Below, one piece after another: positions 16,021 through 30,048 of a stretch of DNA of 64,000 bases. Every line of letters starts with the position of its first letter. Positions within the stretch are counted from its first letter, which is position 1. Source of the stretch: the human T2T-CHM13v2.0 reference genome, Homo sapiens; NCBI RefSeq assembly GCF_009914755.1, contig NC_060939.1; one strand, given 5' to 3'. The translations under genes were made by a program, and so were the position numbers. Below the pieces are notes generated by a model. That model worked only from the letters and a program-made list of their open reading frames with translations, was not told where the DNA came from and did not search any database.

Positions 16021-17429
16021 ATTATTTATTTTATCAGTATATCTTTTAATAAAAGCTGGTACAATACTATTTTAAATATTACAGGATCTTTTTACAATTA
16101 AAATATGTAGCTAGAAATTTTAGATATTCTTAACAAACGTGATTTCTAATGGTGACAGCACTTACTATTGAGATTTTTCTGGTATAGTTGCAGTGTGAAG
16201 TGTATTTTAGTTGCTTCATTAGATCTAGCCCAACTATAAGTGCAGTTTTCAATATTTAACAGCTCTCTTCTACTATACTACTTCAGCAATGCTGTTGTAT
16301 TCCGAGATGGTTACTTGGGCAGGAATTTGTTTTTTTCCATTGAAGTCAGGCAATCAGGCTTTACTGACTATGAAAGCCATGAGCGTTTCTCTAGGTAGAG
16401 CGATCCATCTCATGATGGGTTAAACTCTGATAACTTGGCCAAAAAAATTTTGCTTTAATGATAGGAAATATCTATTTAGACCATATCTAGGAGACTCTAT
16501 ATCTGAAAATATTTGCAAAGGTGGAATAAGCAATTATAAGGAAATTAGTCATTTTGATGACTGCCAAAAGGAAATTGGCCAAATAAGTGATTGGCTCTGC
16601 AGAGCACAGCACCTGTAAATTAGAAACTAAAATCAAAACAAAACACAGACACACATACAATAATACTGAGGCCAGAAAAGGAGTATATTTTTCTTTAATT
16701 TTGAATGGAATAAAAGACCTTATTCCCATGGAAACAAAACCAGCTCTCTCTTTAACAATGAAAACATTTAAAATTAGAAATATGAATCACTCTTTAAGAA
16801 GAGAATTATTTTTAATTAAAGGAAAACTGCAAAACAAATAACTTGGCTCTAGCAGTACTTTATTTATCAAGTTTGTGCAGTAAAAATTCTTAATTTCTGT
16901 TGATAAAAGAAAAGCCAAATTCACAAACTGGTAAACCCTAAACCCGGGGTCTTGGTTAAAAAATTATTCAGTTCAGAAATGGTTTAGTGAGACTATGCAT
17001 TCTCCCACTATTACACATGATAGATTTTTTTCCTCTTGTATGTGAGGATATTTCTCTTGCTGTCAAATTGTTTACTACAAGAGCCTACCATTTCCCAGCT
17101 AAAATGCAAACCTGTATATTTTCATAAAAGTCAAGGTTTGTGAAACACATTTTAAATAGCTAAGGAATACCATAGAACACAGCAAGTATAAAAACTAATA
17201 AGAGTTCTTAAACTTATTTAAATTTATTTCAGATATAATCAAACAAAATGAACTTACTATGTTTTTTATTCTTTTCCTACTTGATCCAATCAGAATTGCA
17301 TTAATCTCACATTAAGCCACAGCTTTATCAAAGAAGACATTCATTTATTTCATTCAACAAGAAGTTCAGATATAAGTATGGTAACTCAATTATCCCTTCA
17401 AAGAACAAAGCTTATTTTATCTTCCTATT

Positions 17430-19873
17430 TTAACATTTTTAGTGAAGCCTGTTCTACATCCATGTTTCAGGGTAGTAAAGGGAGAAAAAAGAGGAGACAG
17501 CATCAGAATACTATTGCTCATATCTCTTTGGAAGAACTTTGTCTAATGTCCATCTCTAGTTGCAGGAGAGGTTGGGAAATTGCATAAAACTAAAAAAGGG
17601 AAGGAGGGGAGTGGTTTGAAAGATTGTTGTATGAGTGTACTTATAGCATCTGCCACCAACAACCTCTTTAGCTTCTCAGCATGTATATATGACTTTTCTA
17701 CATGTATGTTTACTTTAAATGAAGTGAATTCATTCTCTTCCTTTCAATGTAGGTAATCTAAAAATTATATTCAGTTACTGCATTTAGCTTGAAGTCCAGG
17801 ATCTTTCTGTAGTCTCTTCACAAGCTTCAGGTTTGGTTCTTTGTAGATCCTGGGACACAAATTAAACACTATGTATCTTTGTCCAACACTCCCAATGTAT
17901 TGTGGAGAGAAAAGAAAATAGGATGACAGCAATTTAAAATTTCTGATTTAGTAAGACAGGAAATGGAAAATACATAGTCTTTGTATGTAGCAACCATAGA
18001 GTCCTGCTGGACAGGTATATTCAGGACTTCCTGGTCCTAGCAACAGAAGTAGTTTCTGGGTTAGTCAATCTTGTATGACCTGCTACTTTCTAGATGAATT
18101 TCGTTTATCAGTTTCCCTCTACTAGTTTGAGTCTACATATGGGTAAACCTTCTTTGCTCATTTTATCAGTGCCTACACTCAAGGGTGAGTACTGTGAAAG
18201 GTGAAAGTAAATTAAAAAGGGCTCCAAAAGAATGAAAAGTCATTCCATTATCTGCAATATCCATAAATGAGGACCATCCCAGGAAATCCAGGCATGTGGT
18301 CTTCCTAGCTGGGGAGATGCTCTACTTGGAGTCTTTTTTTTTTTCTTTTAATTGCTGTGAGTGCAGGGACCCAGGAATTACTTTAAGCACAGCTGTAGCC
18401 AGCCAAATGTGAGACACATTGGCTAAAGTCCATCTCTAGTTGCAGGGGAGGTTGGGAAATTGCATAAAACTAAAAAAGGGAAGGAGAGGAGTGGTTTGAA
18501 AGGTTGTTGTATGAGTGTACTTATAGCGTCTGCCACCAACAACCTCTTTAGCTTCTCAGCATGTATATATGACTTTTGGGCAGTACTGTTTCCTGGAGAA
18601 TTTACTAGGCTTCCAGGAGACGGGCTCTAAGACAATTTTATGAGCAAGTAACCACGTAAGCCTGGACAATTTTGTCTCTTATCTCTTGGCTCCTCTGTTC
18701 TGATCAATTCATCTCCCTTAACCTAATGGCTGCAGCCTCAGTTCCTGAAAAATAATATGCCAGGGTGAGAATGCAACACCTTTAATTTGGTTTTTGCCAC
18801 TAAGCTACCATTCATTTTGACTCGAAGACCTCTTAAAGGATGGTGCTGGAAAAGCCCTAGGGCAACAATTTTATCTATTTCTGAAGTTGCACTTAGAAGC
18901 CTCTGCTTGTACAGGTACCTTTTTGTGTTCAGAATCAGCTGGCTTTTCTCAACCCTGCAGAGTTCCAAATTATGATATTCTCAGTCAATTTATATTGCAG
19001 GACACTAGCACATGACCCTCTTTTGAACATGGCTGCTCTCCTTTGCATCTCTACCTATAAACTGTCTACATTCAGTTTGAATGTATCTCTGTGTATGGTA
19101 GTATATTCTTGAAAGGGGGAAACATTTGATAATCACTTGCCAACATTCTGAATTTTATTTCCCACCATTCCCACTAATAAAAAAGCTTCAGGTGGCATGG
19201 TGGTCAAAGTTTATAGTGAGCAAGATTTGACCAGCTGTTTTGCAATTGCGTATCAAAATGTATCGGCTTTCTAGCCCGAGGTGATTAAATCTTCACTCTC
19301 TGTGCCAGCATCTCCTCCACAGAGTCAGTTCTATGTTTTTAGACTCTGTTACTTGCCACTCCCTTCATGCTTTAAAAATTATTATGTTAGTGAGTATTCT
19401 TAGTTGCAAACAACACAGTCCACTTTGGTTAGTTTAGGCTGAGAGATTATTTGTAGACTACTAGGTCACTCAAGAATGACTGTAGAGGTTAAAGTACTAG
19501 CTTCTGAAGCTACTGTGTGGGAACTGGGTCAAATTATGTGGTGACATTTCTTTGGGGAAAACACCGATCAATACTTTTGCCCCTCGGGACTAAATAGTAC
19601 TGTGAAACCCTGTATCACAGTACTACATAGCATCCACTGTTGGGGGAAAAAAAAAGCAGTTCCCATGATATGGGCACTGTACACTGTACCACTTTGAGTT
19701 TACACCTTGCTTGAATGCAGGGTAAATACCTGGAACATAGCTACAAAGGAATCCAGGAGTGTGAGTTATCTAACTTCAGTCTTCAGAAGATGAGCAATAC
19801 AAGGAGGGATCTAGTCAAAATGAAAGCAGAATGCTCGAGAGGCTGGGCATCCATACATATGCTTCTCCACCAC
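17430..19873. mobile_element. Degraded ERVL-MaLR (MLT1-type LTR pieces plus probable internal sequence)
   Basis: MLT1-like end ...catctgccacca at about 17657. A second MLT1-like LTR at about 19385-19873 (tgttagtgagtattcttagttgcaaacaac...ctccaccaca). Boundaries are approximate. Confidence 0.5.
18428..18577 (+). repeat. 150-bp direct duplicate of 17548-17697
   Basis: 146/150 identical by manual alignment, offset 880 bp. Confidence 0.97.
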
Positions 19874-21570
19874 AGAATCATAAACTGAAATCTCCAGTTT
19901 CAAACCCATCACAACACCCTTACGTAATCTTCAACATTTGAAACAGCAGCCTCACTCTTACCTTTGCTCTGTGAAGTAAAACTGTACGTTTCTGACAGTT
20001 TAAATGTGAAACATAATGACAAACTTAATATTCCTCAAAAAAAGCTGTTTGGAAGAGAAAAAATGTAAGAGCTGGCCAGTCTTTACGGGGAAAAAGTAGA
20101 ACCAATGTTAGTTGCGACAAATATTAGTAATGTGACAGGTTAATAAGAAATAATTAGGGTTCAGGGCCTAGAGAAATGCTCTGTGCTATTGTTGCAACTC
20201 TTCTGTAAATCTAAAATTATTCTAAAATAAAGTTCATTTAATTAAAAAAATGAAAAAAACAGTCAACCAGAAATGCACAGAGACTCAAACTCCCAAGACA
20301 AATTGCAAGTACACTTATACAAGGAACATCAGTGGTCATTTATAGTTGTCCTTCATCTATTGGTATCCCATTTATTTTGAACAGAAATTTGGAAAGAAAG
20401 ATAATATTGTCTCTCCCTCCTTTTTCTATATCATGTATATGTATTATGTAGAAAGACACATGCATATGTGTGTATGTTTACCCATATAGTTACTACTATT
20501 TTGTATGGATTGCTATTTGTATGCATATTTAACCACTTAATACACCTTTACCTTGCTTTTATAGCAAAAACTAGAAGCTCAAAAAAATTTGCCTCAAAAT
20601 GAGATGGATATTTTTTCTTGTGAAGGAATAGATTCTAGAAATGTTTACCAATCTTTATTATCTAGAGCTTGCTATTTATTGTGCCTGCTATTTGCAGGTA
20701 AAAAATGCATTAGAACTCTGTCTTCCAGGGCTTACATAAACTCTGATGATTTATTTATCAAAAAATGACAAAAAGGGACATCTTTCTGCATTTGCAATGT
20801 ATTGAGAGTTAAGTTTAAGATGATAACTGTATCTTTTGCTACTCTAAAATGCCTTCTATCTTTTTCTAAGATAAGAATGAAATAAACTAGTAGTTGTGTC
20901 TTTGTTTCTACTTAGACTTTTCTTCTTTTTGATAGCAAAGAACTTAGAATGTTAGCCACTTTTAATATAAATTTTGGGTAAATTACCAAAAGTGTTATCA
21001 TCCAAATATGCTTGCTACAATAATTTCAGGTGTGGGTTCATAGTTATCTTGGGAATTCTGAGTCAATGGGAGACAGCTGTGCTCTTACTATTCCAACTGC
21101 TCTCCATGGTTGATAGTGAGCTTTGTTAGCTGCTCCAGACACAATGTCATGGATTAATTCTTCCTTTCTCCCCACAATTTCTACCTCATTTTACTAATAA
21201 AATAGCTCAAACTTAGATATTTTTATGAATATATTTCTAAGAATGACAAAATTATTTTTTCTTCAAATGTAAAAGGGATTTTATTTTGGTGAAACTTTAC
21301 AGACTTTAGTGAATATTTGTTGAAAGATACATGCCAGAAATTGTCAATAATAGATATATTAAACATAGGCTCTAACTTCAAAAAGAACGTGGAACTTGTG
21401 GAATAATGGCGTCTTATAGCTAATATGGATGAAACATTGCCTGGCACTGTGCTAACTGCTATAAGGTATTATCTACCATTTCCCACAAGAATTTTCTAAG
21501 ACAAGTGTTATTACCCCATGTTATTTATAGATAAAGTAACTGAGATTTATAGAAGTTAAGTTAGGTAGAC

Positions 21571-22290
21571 ATAGTAGTTCTCAACCCTGTCAGACCCAGT
21601 GAATCACTTTTATGTAAAATAATTCATAATGACCTATTTTATGCTGAAACAAAGTAACGCATGACTTAACCTATCTATAGATGTAATTTGAAAAATCAGT
21701 ATAATGTTCCAACTTAAAATGAAGGAGAACTAAAAGTATTCTAATATGTATTTTAACGTGTAAGGGCTTGGATACAACTACCCTAGAATACATAGTAGAC
21801 ACTGGCTTTCACTGTTGATAGAATTAAGATGAATGTGACCATTTCAAATGCACACTGATACAAATACTATAAATACTACAGTTCAAATATTATAGTTCAA
21901 ATACTTTGTGTAGTTTCGACACAGGTGATGTAATTTTTCAAAATGGAAAGGAAGCCTTGGTGAAGTTCTTAACAGCAACAACAAAACCTTCTTTGATTAG
22001 TGATTGACATGCTAGTTCCTTTCCAGGACATTTCAGTGTCTAGTAAATCATGCAAAAGACATGGTGTTTCTACCTAAAAGAATTACATCCTGAGCTAAGG
22101 TAATCATCAATGAGTTAAGAAATTTCCTTAATGCCTGATGGGTCATTTTAAATCATGCACACTGTCCTGTACATGGTGGGGTATCTAAATCTCTAGCCTA
22201 TTCCACTGAATGCCAGTAACGTCCGTGAATGTTCGTGAAAACCAAAAATGTCCCAGAAATTAGTAAAATGCTCTGTGTTGAAAACTCCTA
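21571..22290. mobile_element. hAT-Charlie DNA transposon relic (MER20B-like)
   Basis: Ends tagtagttctcaaccctgtcagaccc... and ...aaccaaaaatgtccc...gttgaaaact resemble MER20-type TIRs. Confidence 0.65.
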
Positions 22291-22404
22291 TGTTAAGTAG
22301 AAACAGTGGTGCTACAATTCGTATATAGGCCCATCAGATTCAAATATTATTCTTGTATGTGCTGTATTATTTTGCCTTATAAGTTAATGAAAGAGACATT
22401 ATAC

Positions 22405-22928
22405 TCAGGAATTCTCAAATACTTTTTGCACCATGAACCTGTTGGGAAGTCTAGTGAAAACCATGGATGTCTTTTCAAAATGTACTTTTTCATATAAAAA
22501 TAAAATTCATAGAATTAAATCAATTATATTGAAACACAGTTTTAGTTTAATGATAGGTACAAATAATATTTTAAGGTTCATAACACTTAGAATGTTATAT
22601 GTAAGTATCTGTGGTTGTATTGATGACAAAAATGCTGCTGTGGTTTGTTGCCTATATTCATAATTGAAAATATAAAGATGATCTCTTCCTCTCTCTCTAT
22701 ATTATAAAATATGTTTTATACATATATCTATATTAATTATAGATAATATATAGATTATATATAGAGATAGATATCTATATCTATCTATATAGATTATATA
22801 GATAATGCATATATAATATGTATATTCTCCTTATATGTGTGTGTGTATATACATATATAATATATGTATTTTAATCCAAGTTCAAGAATGCTCAGAACTC
22901 ATCCATGAACCCTGAGATAAAGCACCTG
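22405..22928 (+). mobile_element. hAT-Charlie relic (MER119-like) with internal AT-rich microsatellite
   Basis: caggaattctcaaatactttttgcaccatgaacc...gaagtctagtgaaaaccatgga matches the recalled MER119 start. (TA)-rich tract at about 22700-22865. Confidence 0.65.
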
Positions 22929-23665
22929 TGCTAGAGGAAATCATGTACAGGATACACAGAAAGCAAAGAGTTGATTGCAACTAAATGGTTCAATAAGTTG
23001 CAGGAAAAGTGATATACATCAGTTTACTTGCAGATTCCTAAAGATTGATTGGTTAACAGGCAAAGAAGCCTAGGGAAGAGTGTATACAAAAACCACAGTG
23101 TCAGAAAAGACCATAATATGTGTAGGCAATACTAAGTAGCTTGCCTCAACAAAAGAGGGTGAAGAAAACCTGGAAATTAACGATGGACTAGAATGCACAG
23201 TTTGTTCTTTAAATCAGAAGGATTTTGCTCTAATTCTACTTGATTTAATAATATCTTATGTGCTTACTGGGATTTTTAGTTTTTCAAGTCCTTCAGAAAA
23301 CTATTATTGTCATTTTGTAGTCTGTGAAGTCCACATTCTCAACACCCATTGCAATAAAATTAGCTTTATTTTTATGGTGAAGAATTTTCCAAGCATGGAT
23401 ATTTTTATCAAGATAACTATTGTCAATAGGAAATATGGCATAAGTGAAAATATCACAAGCAAAGATTTCTTACCCATATTTGATTATATCTAAATCAGTT
23501 AAAGGAAATAGGATGGAATGGGATTTGATTTTCCCTTATTAACATTATTTAGCTTTTCTTCAGTATAGTTGCATTATGTGCCTGCAACATCCCATGGATA
23601 GATGAAATGGGTTATCTCATTTATTATGTAGTATATTATGCCTTTCTAGAATAGATAGAAAATAA

Positions 23666-24019
<354 letters not shown>

Positions 24020-25204
24020 TGAACTTTAGATGATTCATTTCATTGACAAGAAAAGGCTATTCTTTTTTCAATACTGTTGAAAGACTTTGGTAAATTTGAG
24101 GTGAAAGGAGAAATCCCTTTCCAAGAACTACCTAGATGTCTTTTAGAGAAAAATGTTATTGCATTCTTAATTTTTAATGTATGAAATACAGCTTCACAAA
24201 CCCTTGCCAAATACATGCGAAACAAATAACCTATTATTTAATGCTATTTGACTTATTTCCTTCTTGTCCATTAATGAAATTTTGGCAATGAAGGAAAAAT
24301 GTATTTTGAATTGCTTTCAAATGACGGTATAACAGTAGGCTTTAGTTGACAAAGTCAAGTAAACATGTGAACTCATGCAGACTCTCTTGATGAAGATACT
24401 GAGAAGGTGATTAATTGGAATGATTTAAAAAATTATTATGGAACCAGAAATTAAATAAGGTAAGTTTTAATTTAACTTTTACTAGAATAAAATAATAACA
24501 TAGAATTTTCTGTGGTGATTTAATAGTAGTAAAATATATGGGTCACCTCAGTTTCTGCAAAGGCACGATCTGAAGATGTCTTAATCATATCCTATAAAGT
24601 GTTTTAATTAAACTTTTGAGGGCTGGCTGGATATGAATTAAAGAGTTGACACATTCCTTGGGTTACAAAGAGTTACCACTTAGGATACCAACATATGTTA
24701 ACAAATTAAAAAGTGCTTTTGACTTTAAAAAAATCTGCATACTTTTAGTAATGAAATAATTGACAAATGGAGGTCACATTGAATTCACAAAACTCTAGAT
24801 TATAGAATAATTCAATGAAAGAGATATTTAATTTATCTGAACACAGATGATTCAAGTTAAACTAAGAACTAATTATTAAAACTATCTTAAGAAATCTTCC
24901 TTAAAGAAGATTTGTACTCTTATGTATTGGAGTAGAATTTTTACCTCTGCTATAATGAGCCACCCCCCAAAGCTTGTTTTAACTATTAAATGACTTCGTA
25001 TATGAAAATAGAATTACTAACTGAGGGTAAATTTCAGGCCATTAACTCTGTGGAACATTCACAAATTATTTCTTTATGAAAGAGGTTTATCTTTATATGG
25101 ACTTCTTTTCTGTAATACGTTAACATATTCTTGGGTCGAGGCAGTAAAGTTGTAATTCAGAACAGAAATTTCTCCAATGTATTCTTTTAACAAAACATAT
25201 ATGA

Positions 25205-25505
25205 GTACCTGGCACAGTGGCTCACACCTGTAATCCCAACATTTTGGGAGGTGGAGGAGGGAGGATTGCTTAAGGCCAGGAGTTTGAGTTCAGACTGGAC
25301 AACATAGTGAGACCCATCTCTACCAAAAATTTAAAAAATATTAGCCAAGCATGGTGCCATGTGCCTGTAGTCCCAGCTACTCTGGAGGCTGAGGCAGGAG
25401 GATCACTCGAATCCAGGACACTGAGGCTGCAGTGGACTAAAAGATTATGCCACTGCATCCCAGCCTGGGTCACAGAGTGAGACCTTGTAAAAAAAAAATA
25501 AATAC
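25205..25505 (+). mobile_element. AluJ
   Basis: Forward Alu consensus with AluJ-type ggaggattgctt and an A-rich tail. Confidence 0.92.
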
Positions 25506-26032
25506 ATAAGAAGAAGAACAAAAAGAAAAACCATGTACCAGACTATATTCAGAACTTGCTGAGGAATTTGAATATGCTGCTATTAGTAAAATCAGCCATC
25601 TAGCTCTTATGCTGAAACTGTCCTTCAGTCTATGAGATGAAAATGTGATGAAACGCAATATTGTAAGTCTTTACCTACCCACCCTCAGTAGTTTTTTGCC
25701 CTCATTGCTGATGTTTAACCTTTGAGAGTGTGTACAGGTTTTACCTTTTTTAGCTTTGTGTAAAATCCCTAAATACATTCTATCCAAACAAATAACCTAT
25801 TTCTATTCTTGATACAACCCTCCTTATCACTTAAAATTCATTCCACTACACAAAGGAAGTTTTGACTGAAAGCCTTTGGTGTCCAAGCAGAGCCTGCTTC
25901 CCAAAGATCCTTAGGGATGATGACAGTTAAAAATCAAAGAACCAATAAAGCTCCCCTGGATTTCTGGAAAGAGGTGTGTGACCAAAAAAGACCCTAGGTC
26001 TTGCATTTCTCTTGGCCCCAGCAGAGAATTTT

Positions 26033-26356
26033 TATTTTTATTTATTTATTTATTTTTGAGACGGAGTCTCGCTCTATCCCCCAGGCTGGAGGGCAGTGTC
26101 GCGATCTTGGCTCACTGCAAGCTCCGCCTCCCAGGTTCACACCATTCTGCTGCCTCAGCCTCCCGAGTAGCTGGGACTACAGGCGCCTGCAACCACGGCC
26201 GGCTAATTTTTTTTTTTTTTTATTTTTTTTTATTTTTTAGTGGAGACGGGGTTTCACCGTGTTAGCCAGAATGGTCTCGATCTCCTGACCTCGTGATCCT
26301 CCCGCCTCGGCCTCCCAAAATGCTGGGATTACAGGCGTGAGCCATCGCGCCGGGCC
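26033..26356 (-). mobile_element. AluY with 14-bp TSD
   Basis: TSD cagcagagaatttt at 26019-26032 and 26357-26370. CpG-rich, with an expanded middle A-linker. Confidence 0.96.
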
Positions 26357-27191
26357 CAGCAGAGAATTTTAATATTTCTTGAGAATCAACTCCCTCTCAA
26401 CCAGTAGGAAAATCGCTTATGATCCTGGCACTTAGAAGGGAAGAATCTTTGCAACACAAATGACGATTAAAGAATAACAGTGAAAAGTCAGCAGACATTC
26501 CACAAGAGGGAAGTCATCTTCATGGTTTAACTGTACCTTATACGGCTAAAGATACAGCTATGTTTAGAAAGAGGGCCAATTTAAAGTCCTCCGCACTGAC
26601 TTTGTGTCACTTACCTAAATCCTATTTTCATTTGTGAAATGGGTCAGATTGCCTCTGTGTTTTGTATCTGAAATGGGTCTTGAACTTAGGACCCTCCACT
26701 ACAATCACAGCCTAGATTATGCCTCTATTTATCGCAAAGCTATTGCTCAGTTTATACCGAACACGTACGCACGCACATTTTATGGCTAAATTGACTATAT
26801 GTTGTTTCCATTCAAATAAACAGTCCAGCACTTATAAGTTAGCCTAGGGTATAGACTGTAGGTCTTTATAAATCACTGACAATGAAAACTATTAACATTT
26901 TGTTATAAACCAGAACTTTGGCTCATCTTTTCAAGTACAAAGAGAAGAAACCAAGTAGTGACAGCTTTCAGATAAAATAATTTCCTATTTATACACCGTT
27001 TTTCTTGATTTTGATTGCCAAATAACTTATTTAATTTCATTGTATAAACTGATCAAATACACAGAAATATATGAGAATTGCAGGGTCTTCTGATTAGTTT
27101 TTTTATTTGGAATATCTGTAAGACGCTTGATAATTACAATACCACAATAGGCAAATATTTTTAATTGTATTTAGGGGAATCATAGTTACTT

Positions 27192-27492
27192 TTTTTGCAT
27201 TTTTAAATAGAGACAGGGTCTCACTCTGTTAGACAAGGTGAAGTGCCCTGGTGTGATCATAGCTTAGTATAACCTCAAACTCCTGAGTTCAAGAGATCCT
27301 CCTGCCTCAGCCTCCTAATTAGCTAAGACTGCAGGCAAGCACCAACACACCTGCCTAATTAAAAAAAAAAAATGTAGAGACTAGATCTTGCTATGTTGCC
27401 TAGGCTGGTCTCAAACTCCTAGCATTAAGTGGTCCTCCCACCTTGGCTTCCCAAAACACTGAGATTATAGGCAAGAGCTACCACATATGGCC
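27192..27492 (-). mobile_element. AluJ(o)
   Basis: Diverged reverse Alu with TSD atcat(a/g)gttactt on both sides. Confidence 0.9.
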
Positions 27493-27649
27493 TCATCATG
27501 GTTACTTAATAAGCAGCTCTGACTCAGAAAAATAGCTTTTAGCTACTTAAGCCGTTTTTTTGTTTTTTTGTTTTTTAGCTTTTGAGAGGTCGTATGAGAA
27601 AAACATTATTGTCAGACATGACTGACCAATTGCCTTTTTGCTTTATCAG

Positions 27650-27765
27650 AGAAAAGGACAGATAAGTCAGCTGTATCTGGGGCCATACGATTGAAAATCA
27701 ATGTGGAGATAAAAGGAGAAGAGAAGGTTGCTCCATATCATATTCAATATACATGTTTACATGAG
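27650..27765 (+). CDS. UNC13C: UNC13C coding exon (116 nt), end of C2B
   Basis: Acceptor ctttatcag, donor GAG|gtaaat. G+AG completes a Glu codon, then [38 protein letters not shown]. Phase matches the previous exon. Confidence 0.97.
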
Positions 27766-29615
27766 GTAAATAAATGGAATTTTACTAATACAAAATATAA
27801 GAAATGTTCTTGATTATGGATTATAAAACAGAATATTTGGTTTAAAAATCATTGAATTTGTAGAGTGGTTCCTGGAGTTCTGACTCTATACTACAGCAGG
27901 TGATATACTAAGATATCATAAATTCTATGTGTTGTATTACCCCTGACGAACTTGTCATCTAATGAGAGTTTAGAACAAGCCTGTGAGGCAGGTGTGAATA
28001 GGCAATAAGATGATAATGCATAAGTAGATACAAAAAAATTAATGTTCTTCCAAAGAGGAAGAAGAGTGTTAAAAATATTGATTGAAGAAATGAGTCATGC
28101 CACATATTTTGGAAGCATTAAATATGTAGTAGTTTGGTATTGCAGGAGAGGATCAAATCGTAATTGTGTTTGAGAACTCCGAGTTAGAGTTCAGATTTTA
28201 TTGAAGATTTAATTAGGACTCTATTTATAACTAGAAACATAAAAATGTGGTGCTGTTTTGATGGCTTTTGGGAGCCAATGTAATAAGCAGTTAATTTTTC
28301 TTCCTGTTTCTGAGTACAACAAGCAGTTTCATACATACTGCACAGTCCTCCGTGTTAACCTCTCTTTCTACAAACATGTGAGTATGGAGAAAATGAAGAT
28401 GTGGTTACTCACCCAAAAAGTAGGGCCTAGTTGGCTTGGAGAGAGGTAAACACCACCCAACATCAATCAAAAGCACAGTTTCACCAGTTCCCTTTTGTGT
28501 CTCAGTAGAGAAGCACAGACAAATCATCTTGGGAGTCTATCAAATGTTTGTCGCTGAGAGCTTAGTTAGAGGTGTCACGGGAGACTTTCTCTGATGCAAA
28601 TGATACTTGTCTCATATCAAAAAATAGGTGAAGCTGAGGAATGTACTCTTCTTCATGTGTTTCAAAGTAACAAAGTACCTTCCTCAGAAAAAGACAACTG
28701 AAAGATAGTTCTACTTTTGTGCATATTATTTTTTCTACATATATTCATGAAAATTTATACATGTAAATATTTATACCCCATTTTACTAAGAAAGAAATGA
28801 GGAACCGTGTTTAAATCGTGTGTATATTACACACGATTTAGGTATAGGACCTAGGCTTAATTTCATAATCACAGTTTTGTGGTTAGTGATATTATTCCCT
28901 CAAGAGAGATGGTTCATTTTTCAGACCAATAAAAAGAAATCCCTTGAACTGGCATGATGGAGAATTCGGGCCTTAAAGTGTGGGCAGAGAAGATCTGCAG
29001 TCAGAGAAACAGCAGTACACTTCACTTTACAAAGTCTTTTCTACTGGTCCAAGAACCAGAAAGAACTGAAATCTAAGAAAAAGTCCTTCAGTTTACCCTG
29101 GCTTTATCAAAGTAGCAGTTGCTAAACTTAGAAGCAAAAAGGAATTGAGAGTAGTAATTTTATTTCGTTACAAAATTCTCCAACATTCATTTTCAACCTC
29201 GATTCATTGCCCTGACTCTTACCATTTTGCAGCCCAAATCCTTTAGTATCATTTACACAGCTAAATTTTGCCTTAACATAGTCAAAATCAGATTATTCAT
29301 CCAGGGCACTATAATTTACTCAGAATGCCTGAATGCAAAATACGCTCTATCATGTAGAAATGTTTTCAGGCAAAAACACTCACTTCCTTCTGCAAATGGT
29401 TTGGTATGTACAAAATATTTGAATCATTGATTCTGTGTAGACCCACCCAACTTTACTATCTAAAGTGCCTTAGGAAGGTACTTTATCACTTTGAACATGA
29501 ATAAGGGTACATTCTTCAGCCTCATCTCATATTTTTTGATGTAAGACAAGTATCATTTGCATCAGGGAGTCACCAGTGACACCTCTAACTAACCTCTCAG
29601 CTGCAGTGTAATAGA

Positions 29616-29840
29616 ATCTAATTCTGAGAATGGAACTTGGCGATGTATGGTTTAATAAGCCTTCCAGGTGATTCTCATATACTTTAAAGTTTGAGAACCT
29701 GTGCCTTATTTGCTGAGGAAACTAAAGCCTTGATTTTTCCTAGGTTACAAAGCCTGTTACTGTCAGAGACCTATCCAGAGCTATTATGACATCTTGTCCT
29801 AAATATTAAACTATGTCCTTCCTTCCCATATTTATATCAG
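29616..29840 (+). repeat. MER5-end plus MIR-like composite, copy 1
   Basis: About 85% identical to 30510-30742 over about 200 bp, including a 36-nt identical run. Confidence 0.88.
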
Positions 29841-30048
29841 CGCTTTTACCCAGGCAGAAATCAAAGCAGATTTTGCATAAAAGATGAATTGAGTTAGAAT
29901 AAAAATTCAAGATATTCCTATTGCTTGCAGATGCTGATGAAACATTAGAGGCAATGACAGTGCAAGAGCATTTTACTGGAAGTTTTAGTTAAATGTTTCT
30001 GGCCTATTCTGAGGAATCACTGAACAATTAAAAACCACTTGCTTTTAG

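Noticed and set aside
17548-18577. 150-bp repeats as the two LTRs of a mini-retroelement or a CRISPR-like unit
   Set aside because: No TG...CA ends, TSD, PBS or PPT. Only two copies, and eukaryotic context.
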